A DNA stretch of 55,535 nucleotides from an uncultured Verrucomicrobiales bacterium (GCA_903898185.1 CAIUEN010000268.1:1-55535), one strand, 5' to 3'. Numbered from the stretch's first letter, positions 27,878 through 38,080 are shown. Notes: generated by a model not told the origin, from the letters alone. Numbers and translations are program-made.

Positions 27878-29185
27878 TTACAGCACGTTCGCCGCCAGTT
27901 CCGCCAATTCCGAGCGCTCGCCTTTTTGCAACTCAATGTGCGCGGCAATCGGAAAATCGCGAAATTTGCTGATGATGTAATTGAATCCATTGGAGGACGA
28001 ATCAACGTAAGGGTTGTCAATCTGGTAGGGATCGCCGGTGAAGACGATCTTGGTGCCGTTGCCCACGCGGGTGACAATCGTCTTGACCTCCAGAGGCGTG
28101 AGGTTTTGGGCTTCGTCAATCACCATGAACTGGTTGGCAATGCTGCGCCCACGAATGTAGCTCAGAGCCTCAACCACGATTGTTCCAGAGCGCATCAGGT
28201 CGGTGCTGCGGCGGTGGTCGCTGCCCATATTCAAGTCACTCAACAGTTCCAACGCATCGTGGATCGGCTGCATCCACGGGCTGAGCTTTTCGTCAAGCGA
28301 TCCGGGCAAAAATCCGAGTTCCTTGCCCATTGAAATGGTGGGACGCGCCACGACCAAGCGACGAAACTCGCGGTCGAGCACCGTCCTCTTGAGTCCGGCG
28401 GCCATCGCCATAAGCGTTTTGCCGGTGCCAGCCTTGCCCATCAGAGTCACCAGTTTGATACGGTCGTCCAGCAGCGCGTCGAACGCAAAATGCTGCTCGC
28501 GATTGCGCGGTTTGATGCCCCAGATTCCTTCACGGCAATCGAGGATCGGCACCAACTTCTTGCCGGTGTGATCGACCTTTGTCAGGGCCGTGCGCTTGGG
28601 GTTCGCTTCCTCGGTCAACGTGCAATATTCATTCGGGAAATACTTGGTGCCGCCATTTAGTTCCAATTCGCCTTCCAAACGGAAACGTGCCATTTTCTCG
28701 GCGCTGACTGTCAAATCGATGATGCCGGTGTAAAGCTGGGTGAGAAAAACGCGACCAGTCTCATAATCCTCAGCCGCCAACCCAAGCACGTCGGCTTTGA
28801 TGCGCAGATTGATATCCTTGGTCACCAGGATGGTTGGAATTTTGGGATCGGTCTCCTGGATGCTCTTGGTGACAGCGACGATTCTGTTGTCAACCGAGTT
28901 TCCAAAAACCGGTTTTTCCGCGTGATCGCCGAACACGATGCGCAAGCTGCCGCCATTGCCGAGGGACACCCCATCGTTGAGATGGCCTTTGGCGCGAAAA
29001 CCGTCTAACATCCGCGAGACGGTGCGCGCGTTTTGACCAAGTTCGGACGATTCGCGCTTGAAGTGATCAATTTCCTCAAGGACTTCGATGGGAATCAGAA
29101 CGCAATTTTCCTGGAAATTAAGCAGTGAATTTGGATCGTGAAGAAGAACGTTTGTATCAAGTATGTAGTTTTTCACAAGGGGCAA
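27878..29185 (-). CDS. PIN-domain / PhoH-like ATPase (YlaK type)
   Basis: An N-terminal PIN domain (ILDTNVLLHDP) is fused to a PhoH P-loop (GKAGTGKT). Confidence 0.9.
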   Translation of the reverse strand: MPLVKNYILDTNVLLHDPNSLLNFQENCVLIPIEVLEEIDHFKRESSELGQNARTVSRMLDGFRAKGHLNDGVSLGNGGSLRIVFGDHAEKPVFGNSVDNRIVAVTKSIQETDPKIPTILVTKDINLRIKADVLGLAAEDYETGRVFLTQLYTGIIDLTVSAEKMARFRLEGELELNGGTKYFPNEYCTLTEEANPKRTALTKVDHTGKKLVPILDCREGIWGIKPRNREQHFAFDALLDDRIKLVTLMGKAGTGKTLMAMAAGLKRTVLDREFRRLVVARPTISMGKELGFLPGSLDEKLSPWMQPIHDALELLSDLNMGSDHRRSTDLMRSGTIVVEALSYIRGRSIANQFMVIDEAQNLTPLEVKTIVTRVGNGTKIVFTGDPYQIDNPYVDSSSNGFNYIISKFRDFPIAAHIELQKGERSELAELAANVL

Positions 29186-29840
29186 GGGGACTTTTCAAGA
29201 TGGACATGCGCTGGTGCCATTCGCTCAAATGCGTATGCACGGCGGGCAGCCTGTAATGGCCGGTATAAAGGAAATTGCCAAGCATGCCGTAAAGATCGAA
29301 ATCCACGAAATGCGGTTCCTGATCAAGGAGGAACGGGCGGTTCTGCAGCATCAACTCAAAGGGCACCAGCATCCGGGTCAAATCCGCCAGCAATTGCTCC
29401 TGCTGAGTGCGCCATTGACCCAAGCACCCGCGCCCAAACTTACGCTCCTTGTGCCGCACAAAACCGACCTGGTCAGCCTCTGGAACGAACTCCTGCCAGT
29501 AAATATCGTTCAAACGAAACCCCACGCCCTCCACCTCATTCTCCATGTAACGCCACAAAAGAGTATCAATCCCAGCCCAAATCTTTGGGAAAAGATTCAA
29601 TTTGAATCGCGAGTCGAGGTATTTGGCGATCACCTGCGAGTTGTCATCTGTCTCGAACACCACAGTGCGCCCGTCCCGGATGATCGGAACCCCGTAATAG
29701 CGATGACGGGTCAGTTGCCAGACCAAGCTGCGGTCATGATTGGGAATATCAACGGTCTTGAAGGATATGCCGCCGTATTCCAGAATGCGCCCCTGCACAA
29801 TACAGTACGGACTCCACGGAATTTGAATCAGTTCGATCAT
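29157..29840 (-). CDS. glutathione S-transferase-like protein
   Basis: 227 aa with an N-terminal thioredoxin-like fold (SPYC, YYGVPIIRDG) and a helical C-terminal half. It overlaps the next gene by 29 nt. Confidence 0.6.
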   Translation of the reverse strand: MIELIQIPWSPYCIVQGRILEYGGISFKTVDIPNHDRSLVWQLTRHRYYGVPIIRDGRTVVFETDDNSQVIAKYLDSRFKLNLFPKIWAGIDTLLWRYMENEVEGVGFRLNDIYWQEFVPEADQVGFVRHKERKFGRGCLGQWRTQQEQLLADLTRMLVPFELMLQNRPFLLDQEPHFVDFDLYGMLGNFLYTGHYRLPAVHTHLSEWHQRMSILKSPLAPCEKLHT

Positions 29841-30013
29841 TTCAGGAAATGGATCGTTTCACTACGATGGAACATCCATTCCACCGGCAATAATATCCGC
29901 TTTGGGGAATCAAAAACCAAGACTGAAATCAGGACTCCCAAAGAACTCAAGCTACGCAAATCGCGCTCAGAGATCAACGATTTTTCACGAGTTTCTTCCA
30001 TCTCAGGGTTGCT

Positions 30014-30502
30014 CTAAATAAGTTCAAGATCTGTGGCATCCACTTTCACGGCGGCGGCTTGGCCGATGAAATCCAAGCGTAACAGAACCACGCACGGTCC
30101 AAACCGTTTTTCCACATAGCCCTCCACGCCTCGCAATGGGCCGTTCTTGATTTTGACCCGTGTTCCTTCGCTGATGGTTGGAGCTATGCGGATTTCCAGA
30201 TCGGTTTCGACTGCGAGAAGAATTTCTTTGAGTTGAGCTTGGAAAACCTCTTGGTCGGGAACATTCAGGAGATTGGCCACATAATCGCCACAGATCACTT
30301 TGCGGCGAAGTTCTGGGTCAAAATTGAGGAAAACGTATCCCGGAAAAAGCGGTTTTCGAAACTCGACCGTTTTGCCGCGATACTTATGAACGGCACGGTA
30401 CATCGGCAGCGTAGCGGCGATGCCTTCTCGCGCACACTGTTCGACAATCTTCTTCTCACACCTCGGCCGACTATGAGCCACATACCACAAGAACTGATTC
30501 AC
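30014..30502 (-). CDS. NusG-paralog transcription antiterminator (RfaH/UpxY-like)
   Basis: 162 aa. WYVxHxRPRxEKK and PLFPGYVF mark the NGN domain, followed by a KOW segment G..V.I..GPL.G.EG. Confidence 0.8.
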   Translation of the reverse strand: MNQFLWYVAHSRPRCEKKIVEQCAREGIAATLPMYRAVHKYRGKTVEFRKPLFPGYVFLNFDPELRRKVICGDYVANLLNVPDQEVFQAQLKEILLAVETDLEIRIAPTISEGTRVKIKNGPLRGVEGYVEKRFGPCVVLLRLDFIGQAAAVKVDATDLELI

Positions 30503-30555
30503 GCGCGGTAGCTTGTTTGGTCATTCCATACCGTCAAGCCCAATCTATTGAGCTC

Positions 30556-30688
30556 CAGCAATTCTCATTTTGAGCAAAGAAGGGAAAAAACGCTGATCTG
30601 CCTGCGCACGGAGTTTCCGACACCCTGCGGAGCCAGAGGCACCGCAACTGGCAGACCAGAGGTCTACCCCACATAATGAGAATTGCTG
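30556..30688 (+). mobile_element. MITE family R2, copy C (short variant, complete)
   Basis: It is 133 bp, like copy B. The flanking 9-mers attgagctc (30547-30555) and attgagcgc (30689-30697) are 8/9 identical. It lies 23 nt beyond the 3' end of tRNA-Asp. Confidence 0.85.
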
Positions 30689-30711
30689 ATTGAGCGCCAC
30701 CAGCGGGAAAG

Positions 30712-30788
30712 TGGCGGGAGTGGCGGGACTCGAACCCGTAACCTCTGCCGTGACAGGGCAGCGCTCTAACCAATTGAGCTACACCCCC
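30712..30788 (-). tRNA. tRNA-Asp (anticodon GTC), CCA encoded
   Basis: Folded by hand as a 77-nt cloverleaf: acceptor GGGGGTG/CACTCCC, D stem GCTC/GAGC, anticodon stem CTGCC/GGCAG with loop CTGTCAC, T-loop TTCGAGT, discriminator G. There is one A-C mismatch at the base of the T stem. Confidence 0.9.
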
Positions 30789-30802
30789 GCAAGGGAGCCG
30801 AA

Positions 30803-30831
30803 AAGCTATTGAATCTTTTTCTATTCGTCAA
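30803..30831 (-). promoter_or_regulatory. candidate sigma70-type promoter of tRNA-Asp
   Basis: The minus strand has TTGACG, a 17-nt spacer and TAGCTT, ending 14 nt upstream of the tRNA 5' end. The -10 element is weak. Confidence 0.25.
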
Positions 30832-30949
30832 CGTCGAAAATTGAAATTCTTTGATCCTGTGCGCATCTCAGATTTTTCCGACTGTTTGCAATGAATAATT
30901 ATTGTTCTCCCAAACTAACGACTGTTAGCGTGTATGGAAAATCTGAGAT

Positions 30950-31882
30950 ATGATGAGATATGTTCGAAATGGGCTTGGCCAGGCTGCCTTGTGCGGATTG
31001 CTGGCTTGTTTGCTCGGCAGCGGTTGTTCGATCAAGCACTATGCCCTGAACAGGGCTGCGGATGCCCTGTCGCACACTGGCGACACATTTGCCAGCGACG
31101 ACGACCCGGAACTGATCAAGGCCGCCATCCCGTTCAGCCTTAAGCTCATGGAGAGCATTCTCTCGGAAACCCCCAATCACAAGGGCCTGCTCACCGCCGC
31201 TTCCAGCGGTTTCATGGAATATAGCTACGCCTTTGTGCAACAGGAAGCCGACGAACTCGAATCGCGCGATCTGGCCGCGTCCGAAGCCATGCGATCCCGC
31301 GCCAGGCGTCTCTATCTGCGCGCCAAGGGCTATGGGCTGCGAGGGTTGGAGGTTGCGCATCCCGGGTTCACCACAAACCTTCTAAGAAATCCGAAACAAG
31401 CCGTTCGCGTCGCAAAGATGTCCGATGTTCCCCTGCTCTACTGGACCGCCGCCTCATGGGCTTCGGCAATTTCACTTTCCAAGGACAATCCGGAATTGAT
31501 TGGAGAAATGCCGGCGATGACCGCTTTGATTGATCGGGCCATGGACTTGGACGAAGGCTTCCAGGAAGGCGCACTGCACACCTTCATGATTACGTTCGAA
31601 ATGAGCCGTCCAGCGACCGGCGGCGACCCGGAAGCCCGTGCGCGCAAGCATTTTGAACGGTCGGTGGCTCTTTCTCACGGGCAAGACGCCTCGCCGTTTA
31701 TCGGATTGGCCGAATCGGTCACCATCAAGAAACAAAACGCTCAAGAATTCGAATCACTCCTCAATCAAGCACTCGCCATTAATCCAGATGCCAGGCCCGA
31801 CAATCGGGTGCTGAACATGGTCATGCAGCGCCGGGCCAAGTGGCTTTTGTCACGCAAATCAGACTTGTTTTTGACGGAATAA
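30950..31882 (+). CDS. TatT-type TPR-like lipoprotein of a TRAP transporter
   Basis: It has the lipobox LLGSGC and a helical-repeat body. It sits immediately upstream of the DctP and fused DctQM genes, the TPR-protein-associated TRAP arrangement. Confidence 0.7.
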   Translation: MMRYVRNGLGQAALCGLLACLLGSGCSIKHYALNRAADALSHTGDTFASDDDPELIKAAIPFSLKLMESILSETPNHKGLLTAASSGFMEYSYAFVQQEADELESRDLAASEAMRSRARRLYLRAKGYGLRGLEVAHPGFTTNLLRNPKQAVRVAKMSDVPLLYWTAASWASAISLSKDNPELIGEMPAMTALIDRAMDLDEGFQEGALHTFMITFEMSRPATGGDPEARARKHFERSVALSHGQDASPFIGLAESVTIKKQNAQEFESLLNQALAINPDARPDNRVLNMVMQRRAKWLLSRKSDLFLTE

Positions 31883-31928
31883 CGGGAAATATTCGCGACT
31901 GTGCGCATAGTATGCGTGATTTCAAGGG

Positions 31929-31980
31929 CCACGGAGCCGGAGGCTCCGGGAACCGGCAGACCGGAGGTCTGCCCCACATA
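31929..31980 (+). repeat. MITE family R2 core fragment (no termini)
   Basis: cggagcc-gga-ggctccg and ggcagacc-gga-ggtctgcc followed by ccacata align with the R2 double-hairpin core. It lies in the tatT-dctP intergenic space. Confidence 0.7.
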
Positions 31981-31996
31981 GCGTTACATAGCATTA

Positions 31997-33028
31997 ATGA
32001 AGACTGATTTTTTATCGACGGTATTGCTCTTGGGAGCATGTTGGGTGATCTCCACCGGCAGCGCGTTTGGAGCCGGACCGGTCAAAGTTCGCCTCGGAAC
32101 ACTGGCCCCCAAGGGTTCGTCCTACTACAAACATCTCCAAGCCATGGGTGAGAAATGGAAACAGGCCCCCGGCGGTGGCGTCACGCTGACAACCTATCCC
32201 GACGGCCAGATGGGAAGCGAGGCTGACATGGTCCAGCGCATGCGCTTGGGCCAGTTGCAGGCCGCCCTGGTCACGGTGACCGGTCTGTCGGAGATCGAGC
32301 CGGCAGTGGGTGGCCTTCAGACCTTTCCCCGCCTCTTTCGCAACCTTGATGAGGTCGATTACATCGGTGAAAAACTCCAGCCGATGCTTGAAAAACGGCT
32401 CGAAGCCAAGGGATTCGTCGTCCTCTTCTGGTCAGACACTGGTTTTGTGAAGTTCTTCTCCAAGCAACCCATCGTCACGCCAGACGACCTTCGAAAGACC
32501 AAGTTATTCGTTTCGGGCGGGCATCCTTTCGAGGTGGAAATCTACCGTTCACTGGGATGCCGTCCGGTGCCGCTGGAGGTCTCCGATATTCTGCCCAGCC
32601 TGCAAACCGGCCTCATTGACTCGGTGGCCATGCCGCCCACCATCGTTCTTGCCACGCAAATTGACGCCGTAGCACCCAATATGCTCGATATGAACTGGGT
32701 TCCGTTGGTCGGAGCCGGCATCATCACCAAGAAAGTCTGGGATACTCTTCCTGCCGAAACGCAGGCACTCATGCGCCAATCGGGAAAAGAAGCCGGCAAA
32801 CAAATCAAAGCCGATGGACGCCGCGAGAGCCTCGAATCGATTGATGCCATGCAAAAGCGGGGTTTGAAGGTCAATCAACTCACCCCGGATGCCAATGCCG
32901 ACTGGGGAAAAACTGTGGAAACCGCTTATCCCAAGATTCGCGGCACGATCATTCCAGCGGATATCTTCGACGAAGTCATGACCCAGTTGAAGGCATATCG
33001 AGCCGAGCGCGAAGGAAATAAGAAGTGA
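31997..33028 (+). CDS. TRAP transporter substrate-binding protein (DctP family)
   Basis: 343 aa with a signal peptide. DctP-like periplasmic binding protein pattern. It overlaps the permease gene by 4 nt. Confidence 0.85.
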   Translation: MKTDFLSTVLLLGACWVISTGSAFGAGPVKVRLGTLAPKGSSYYKHLQAMGEKWKQAPGGGVTLTTYPDGQMGSEADMVQRMRLGQLQAALVTVTGLSEIEPAVGGLQTFPRLFRNLDEVDYIGEKLQPMLEKRLEAKGFVVLFWSDTGFVKFFSKQPIVTPDDLRKTKLFVSGGHPFEVEIYRSLGCRPVPLEVSDILPSLQTGLIDSVAMPPTIVLATQIDAVAPNMLDMNWVPLVGAGIITKKVWDTLPAETQALMRQSGKEAGKQIKADGRRESLESIDAMQKRGLKVNQLTPDANADWGKTVETAYPKIRGTIIPADIFDEVMTQLKAYRAEREGNKK

Positions 33029-34980
33029 GTCAGGTTGTCCTTCCCAACCCCGAGTTGCAGCCGCTCCCATCAAGGAGATGGAGCTGGCTTTGGCAGGTGG
33101 AAAATTACATGGTCGCCATCGCTCTGATGGCGCTGATGCTGCTGCCTCTGGTCACCATCATTGTTCGAAAATTCTTTCACGGAGGATTGGATGAAGCGGC
33201 AGCTTTGCAACAGCATCTGGTGCTTATCATCGGTCTGCTGGGCGGCATGTTCGCCGCGCGCGACCGGCGTCTGCTTTCCCTATCGACCCTGACCAACTTC
33301 CTCAAGGGCCGCTGGCAGGAGTTCGCGCGAATTTTCAGCAGCGGATTCGCCGCCGGAATCACCGGTTTCCTGTGTGTGGCCGCGATTCAATTGGTCGAGG
33401 TACAAAAGATCGGCGGCAAAATCCTCGCATACGGGATTCCGCTCTGGATAATCCAACTGATCATGCCGATTGGCTTTGGAGTCATCGCGCTGAGGCTGGC
33501 ATGGCATTCGGCAGATGCCTGGCGGGGACGCTTGATCGGACTGCTAATTGCTGGAGCGATGATGTTTGTCGGATTTCACCCGCCTGTGACGCCCGAAAAC
33601 ATTGTTCTTCCCGGCATGATACTATTGCTGCTGGCAGTGGTGCTTGGGGCTCCGATCTTCGTCATGCTCGGCGGCGCGGCACTGATCCTCTTTTGGGGCA
33701 AGGATGTTCCCATCGCGTCTATTTCCCAAACGCACTATTCGATGGTGACCAACCCGACTCTTCCGACCGTTCCTCTCTTTACCTTGGCCGGGTATTTCCT
33801 GGCAGAAGGCGGAGCGTCCAACCGGCTGATCCGCGTCTTTCATGCTTTGCTGGGCCAATTGCGCGGCGGACCGGCGATTGTCGCTGTCATTGCCTGCGCT
33901 TTCTTCACCTCGTTTACTGGAGCTTCTGGCGTGACCATTCTTGCCTTGGGCGGTCTGCTCATGCCGGTGTTGTTGAAGGCTGGCTATTCCGAACGCTCCA
34001 CCTTGGGCTTGCTCACCGGCTCCGGCGGCTTGGGACTGCTCTTTCCCCCATCGCTTCCCCTGATCATCTTTGCCATCGTCGCCAGTTCCAACGCCAAAGA
34101 TGCCGGTGTGACCATCGAGAAAATGTTCCTCGGCGGGCTCGGGCCTGGCCTGCTGTTGGTCAGCATGGCCATTTGGCTCGGTATTCGGATGGGGCCCAAG
34201 GAGACAGGGCCGCGCCCCAAGTTCAATGCGGCTGAAGCCCTGCGGGCTGTTTGGGAAGCCAAGTGGGAACTGGCGCTGCCAGCCGTCGCTTTGATCGCCC
34301 TTTTTGGCGGATTCGCCACGCCGGTCGAGGCCGCTGCGGTTACCGCGTTTTACGCGTTTTTCGTCGAGACCTTCATCTACCGCGATTTCAAAGGAGTCAG
34401 CGAGATCCCAAGAGTGATGGCTGAATGCGGATTGCTGGTGGGTGGCGTGCTTCTGATTCTTGGAGTGGCGCTCGGCTTTACCAATTACCTGGTCGATGCT
34501 GAAATCCCAACCAACGCTGTGACTTGGGTTCAAGGCGCCGTCCATTCCAAATACACCTTCCTCCTGGCGCTCAACCTATGCCTGCTGCTGGTTGGATGCG
34601 TGATGGACATGTTTTCCGCGATCATGGTGGTTGTGCCGATCATTGTGCCGCTCGGAATTGCCTACGGCATTGATCCCATCCACCTTGGAATCATTTTCCT
34701 GACCAATATGGAATTGGGGTTGTTAACTCCGACGGCCGGAATCAACATATTCCTCTCCTCATACCGATTTGGCAAACCTGTGTTACAGGTTTCACGCGCC
34801 GTGGTTCCCATGCAATGCGTCATCATCGTGGGACTCCTGCTCATTACCTACATCCCGCCCCTGACCACTTTTCTCCCTCATTGGCTGGATCGCCGCCCGA
34901 CGATTGCGAAAGGGATCAACCTAAGTTCGACAGTTGTCCCCCTCAACAACCGCCCTTCGCCGTATATTGCAAGCCCTTAA
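33025..34980 (+). CDS. TRAP transporter fused small/large permease (DctQ-DctM)
   Basis: 651 aa, highly hydrophobic. The N-terminal ~170 aa are DctQ-like and the rest is DctM-like. Confidence 0.88.
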   Translation: MSQVVLPNPELQPLPSRRWSWLWQVENYMVAIALMALMLLPLVTIIVRKFFHGGLDEAAALQQHLVLIIGLLGGMFAARDRRLLSLSTLTNFLKGRWQEFARIFSSGFAAGITGFLCVAAIQLVEVQKIGGKILAYGIPLWIIQLIMPIGFGVIALRLAWHSADAWRGRLIGLLIAGAMMFVGFHPPVTPENIVLPGMILLLLAVVLGAPIFVMLGGAALILFWGKDVPIASISQTHYSMVTNPTLPTVPLFTLAGYFLAEGGASNRLIRVFHALLGQLRGGPAIVAVIACAFFTSFTGASGVTILALGGLLMPVLLKAGYSERSTLGLLTGSGGLGLLFPPSLPLIIFAIVASSNAKDAGVTIEKMFLGGLGPGLLLVSMAIWLGIRMGPKETGPRPKFNAAEALRAVWEAKWELALPAVALIALFGGFATPVEAAAVTAFYAFFVETFIYRDFKGVSEIPRVMAECGLLVGGVLLILGVALGFTNYLVDAEIPTNAVTWVQGAVHSKYTFLLALNLCLLLVGCVMDMFSAIMVVVPIIVPLGIAYGIDPIHLGIIFLTNMELGLLTPTAGINIFLSSYRFGKPVLQVSRAVVPMQCVIIVGLLLITYIPPLTTFLPHWLDRRPTIAKGINLSSTVVPLNNRPSPYIASP

Positions 34981-35258
34981 ATAAGAAGTGGTTCTCACTG
35001 AGAAGGTAAACTGCAGAGCAGTTGGAAATCAGCTTAAATGAGGTAGTTGCAAAACGAAGGATGTTCCAACTGCCGAATTTAGATTCATCTGAGGGATCGC
35101 ATCTTCAAAACCTCATTCTCCCTCTTCTTTCCGCGTATTCCGCGTGTTCTGCGGTTAACCCAACTGCGATTTCCAAGCTAAAACAAATCGATTCACTGAC
35201 GTGCGCCTGATACTATTGAGCATGGCAACCGCAGCCTCTTCTGAGTATTCTAATCCCA

Positions 35259-37358
35259 ATGAATCAGGCATTGATCGTTTTGACCTCCAATTTCTGCTCA
35301 CTGACGCGTCTGCTTTTCGCGCTATTGACCGCTCTGGCGGTTGGCAGCCAACTTGAGGCCGCGCCCCGCATCACCTTAACCGTTCAGGCTGACAAACCCA
35401 GCCACAAGATCAGCCCTTTACTCTACGGCGTGTTTTTCGAAGACATCAATTACGCCGCTGACGGCGGGCTTTACGGCGAGCTGATCCAGAACCGGTCTTT
35501 CGAGTTCCGTGGCACCGATGCTCTGTTTGGCTGGTCGCTGGTTAGACGCGGTGAGGCTCAAGCATTAGTGTCCATCGAGACAGATCGTCCCATTAACCCA
35601 AACAACCCGCATTACCTCCGCATGCAAATCGGCAGCATTGGCAGCGGATTGGGAGTTGCCAACAGCGGATTTGGCGGCATCCCGGTGCTGAAAGGATCGA
35701 ATTATCTCTTCTCAATTTACGCTCGCGCTGTTGATAGTTACAATGCGGCTTTGAGCATTCGCTTGGAGACAGCCAAGGGCGAACTGCTGGCCTCCGCGCA
35801 AATCGTCGGTCTCAATCCCAATTGGATGAAATGCGCCAGCATCCTCAAGCCAACCCGCACTGAAACCAACGCGCACTTGGTGGTCATGACCGCCGCCCCA
35901 GGCACGATGGACATGGACATGATCTCGCTTTTTCCCGAGCATACGTTCAAGAACCGCCCCAACGGCATGCGCGCCGACTTGGCGCAATTGATCGCCAATC
36001 TCAAGCCGTCGTTCGTCCGGTTTCCAGGTGGCTGTATTGTTGAGGGCAAAGACCTTGCCAATCGCTACCGATGGAAAGACACCATCGGCGACGTATCCGA
36101 ACGCAAGGCAAACTGGAATTGCTGGCAGATCGCCATGTCTGATGCCCCCGCTCCACAATACTATCAATCGTACGGCCTTGGTTTCTTCGAGTATTTCCAG
36201 TTCTGCGAGGACATTGGCTCGGAGCCGCTGCCAATTCTTAATTGCGGAATGTCCTGCCAGTTGATGGACAAGCAGTTTGTTCCGCTGGACCAGCTTGATT
36301 CCTATATCCAAGACGCCCTCGACTTGATCGAGTTTGCGAACGGCCCCGTGGATAGCCTTTGGGGTTCGCAACGCGCCGCAATGGGACATCCCGAGCCGTT
36401 CCGTCTGAAGATGATCGGTATCGGCAATGAGCAATGGGGCGGAGACTACTTCGCTCGCTATGAAAAATTTGTCGTAGCACTCAAGGCAAAACACCCAGAA
36501 ATCCAAATCGTCGCTTCAGCCGGTCCCAGTCCTGACGATCAATGGTTCAGAATGGCGTGGCTGCGGTTGCGCGAACTCAACGCCGACTTGGTGGATGAAC
36601 ATTATTATCGCCCGCCCGAGTGGTTCTTGGACAACGTCAATCGCTACGATCAATACGACCGGACCGGACCAAAAGTCTTTCTCGGCGAATACGCCGCCCA
36701 CACCACCGCCCGTCGCAACAGCTTGGACGCTGCCTTGGCCGAGGCCGCTTTCATGACCGGGATCGAACGTAATTCCGATGTCGTCGTGATGGCATCCTAC
36801 GCCCCGCTCTTCGCAAAAGCCGGATTCACCCAACGGCCCATCGACTTGGCTTGGTTCGACAATACCCGCCTCTACGGATCGCCCTCATACTACGTGCAAC
36901 AACTTTTCAGCCTCAACCGTGGCGATACGGTGCTGCCGTTGGAACTGGCTGATTCCCGCCCACCTCAACCGGCATCCCGACGCATCGTCTTGAACGCCCA
37001 TCACACCGACGCCGAATTCAAGGATGTTCTTGGCATCGAAGAATCGAGTGAATTCACAACGCGCACTCCCGGCTTGTTCGCCACCGCCAGCCAGAAAGAC
37101 GGCAAAGTCATCATTAAAGTGGTCAATCCAACCAGCCAGGCAACTCAAGCAACCATCCGTCTTTCAGGCATGAGCCGAATTGGCGCCAAGGGCGAGGCCA
37201 TCGTGCTATCAGGATCTGCTCCCAGCGACGAAAACTCGTTCGAAAAGCCGACAAAAATAGAACCCGTGACAACCCCGTTAAGCGGCATCGCCTCCGAGTT
37301 CCGTTACAAGTTCAAGCCCTGTTCGGTCACCGTGCTGCGCATCAATGCGGAGAGATGA
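35259..37358 (+). CDS. alpha-L-arabinofuranosidase, GH51-like, with N-terminal carbohydrate-binding region
   Basis: It has a signal peptide, GGLYGELIQNRSFE, FVRFPGG and the IGNEQWG catalytic acid/base motif, followed by a C-terminal beta-sandwich. Confidence 0.85.
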   Translation: MNQALIVLTSNFCSLTRLLFALLTALAVGSQLEAAPRITLTVQADKPSHKISPLLYGVFFEDINYAADGGLYGELIQNRSFEFRGTDALFGWSLVRRGEAQALVSIETDRPINPNNPHYLRMQIGSIGSGLGVANSGFGGIPVLKGSNYLFSIYARAVDSYNAALSIRLETAKGELLASAQIVGLNPNWMKCASILKPTRTETNAHLVVMTAAPGTMDMDMISLFPEHTFKNRPNGMRADLAQLIANLKPSFVRFPGGCIVEGKDLANRYRWKDTIGDVSERKANWNCWQIAMSDAPAPQYYQSYGLGFFEYFQFCEDIGSEPLPILNCGMSCQLMDKQFVPLDQLDSYIQDALDLIEFANGPVDSLWGSQRAAMGHPEPFRLKMIGIGNEQWGGDYFARYEKFVVALKAKHPEIQIVASAGPSPDDQWFRMAWLRLRELNADLVDEHYYRPPEWFLDNVNRYDQYDRTGPKVFLGEYAAHTTARRNSLDAALAEAAFMTGIERNSDVVVMASYAPLFAKAGFTQRPIDLAWFDNTRLYGSPSYYVQQLFSLNRGDTVLPLELADSRPPQPASRRIVLNAHHTDAEFKDVLGIEESSEFTTRTPGLFATASQKDGKVIIKVVNPTSQATQATIRLSGMSRIGAKGEAIVLSGSAPSDENSFEKPTKIEPVTTPLSGIASEFRYKFKPCSVTVLRINAER

Positions 37359-37447
37359 TGGTTGGGACGGCGCTGTGTGGATTGACTGCAAGTTCTCGGT
37401 GCAAAAAGCAACATTCTTACCCGTTCACAGTATAAGTTCGAACTCAC

Positions 37448-38080
37448 TCACGCTGTCACATTCAGGTTGCTGCCGGTCGCGGCGGCATTTGCGACGCTGA
37501 CAGCCGTTGAAGCGGACTCAGCGGCAGTTGGATTGGTGGAAGTGGTTGAAGACCCGCCGCCTGCCTTGTACGTCACCCAATTGCTAACCAATGCACTGAG
37601 CGAATCAGCGCCATCGGTGGTTCCAGCGCCGACAAGCGATGCCAGTGATGACCCACCATCGGAAGCGCTGGAACCAAGGCTGGCAAGAATGGCGTTATCG
37701 ATGGATTTCTTTGCGTCGGCAAGCAGCTTTCTGGTGTCTTCTGAGCCATCATTGACAATCACCCCGGATTTGGCCAAGTCGGTCTTCAACTGATTCCAGG
37801 CGCTCTTGGCAGCTTCAGTCTGATTGTTGGAGATCGCAGTCGAAACCGCATTGAAGCCTTGGTTGATCGGGTCTTGGGATGCTGTTGAACTGCTTGAGGA
37901 CAGAGTGAATTGCGGATTGTCTTTGATGATCGCCGCAAGAACAGACCCGGCGCTGGTCAAGTTCCCGCCTTGAACCGCAGCATCGAGCGAGTTCAAACTG
38001 CGTCCAAGCTTTGATGTTTGGGCAAGCTGCACAGCGTAGCTTGCGCCCGACGAACTGCTGATTCCAGATATCGAACTCAT
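37448..38080 (-). CDS. hypothetical Ser/Ala/Thr-rich protein
   Basis: 210-aa ORF from the ATG at 38080. It is low-complexity (runs of S, A, G, T) with no signal peptide by eye and no recognisable family. It is the only long ORF here. Confidence 0.4.
   Translation of the reverse strand: MSSISGISSSSGASYAVQLAQTSKLGRSLNSLDAAVQGGNLTSAGSVLAAIIKDNPQFTLSSSSSTASQDPINQGFNAVSTAISNNQTEAAKSAWNQLKTDLAKSGVIVNDGSEDTRKLLADAKKSIDNAILASLGSSASDGGSSLASLVGAGTTDGADSLSALVSNWVTYKAGGGSSTTSTNPTAAESASTAVSVANAAATGSNLNVTA

Noticed and set aside
34981-35258. A possible regulatory RNA upstream of the GH51 gene (ttccgcgtattccgcgtgttctgcgg motif).
   Set aside because: The motif looks like another low-complexity simple repeat (a similar ttccgcgttccgtattctgcg lies at about 50600). 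I saw no recognisable riboswitch or leader structure.
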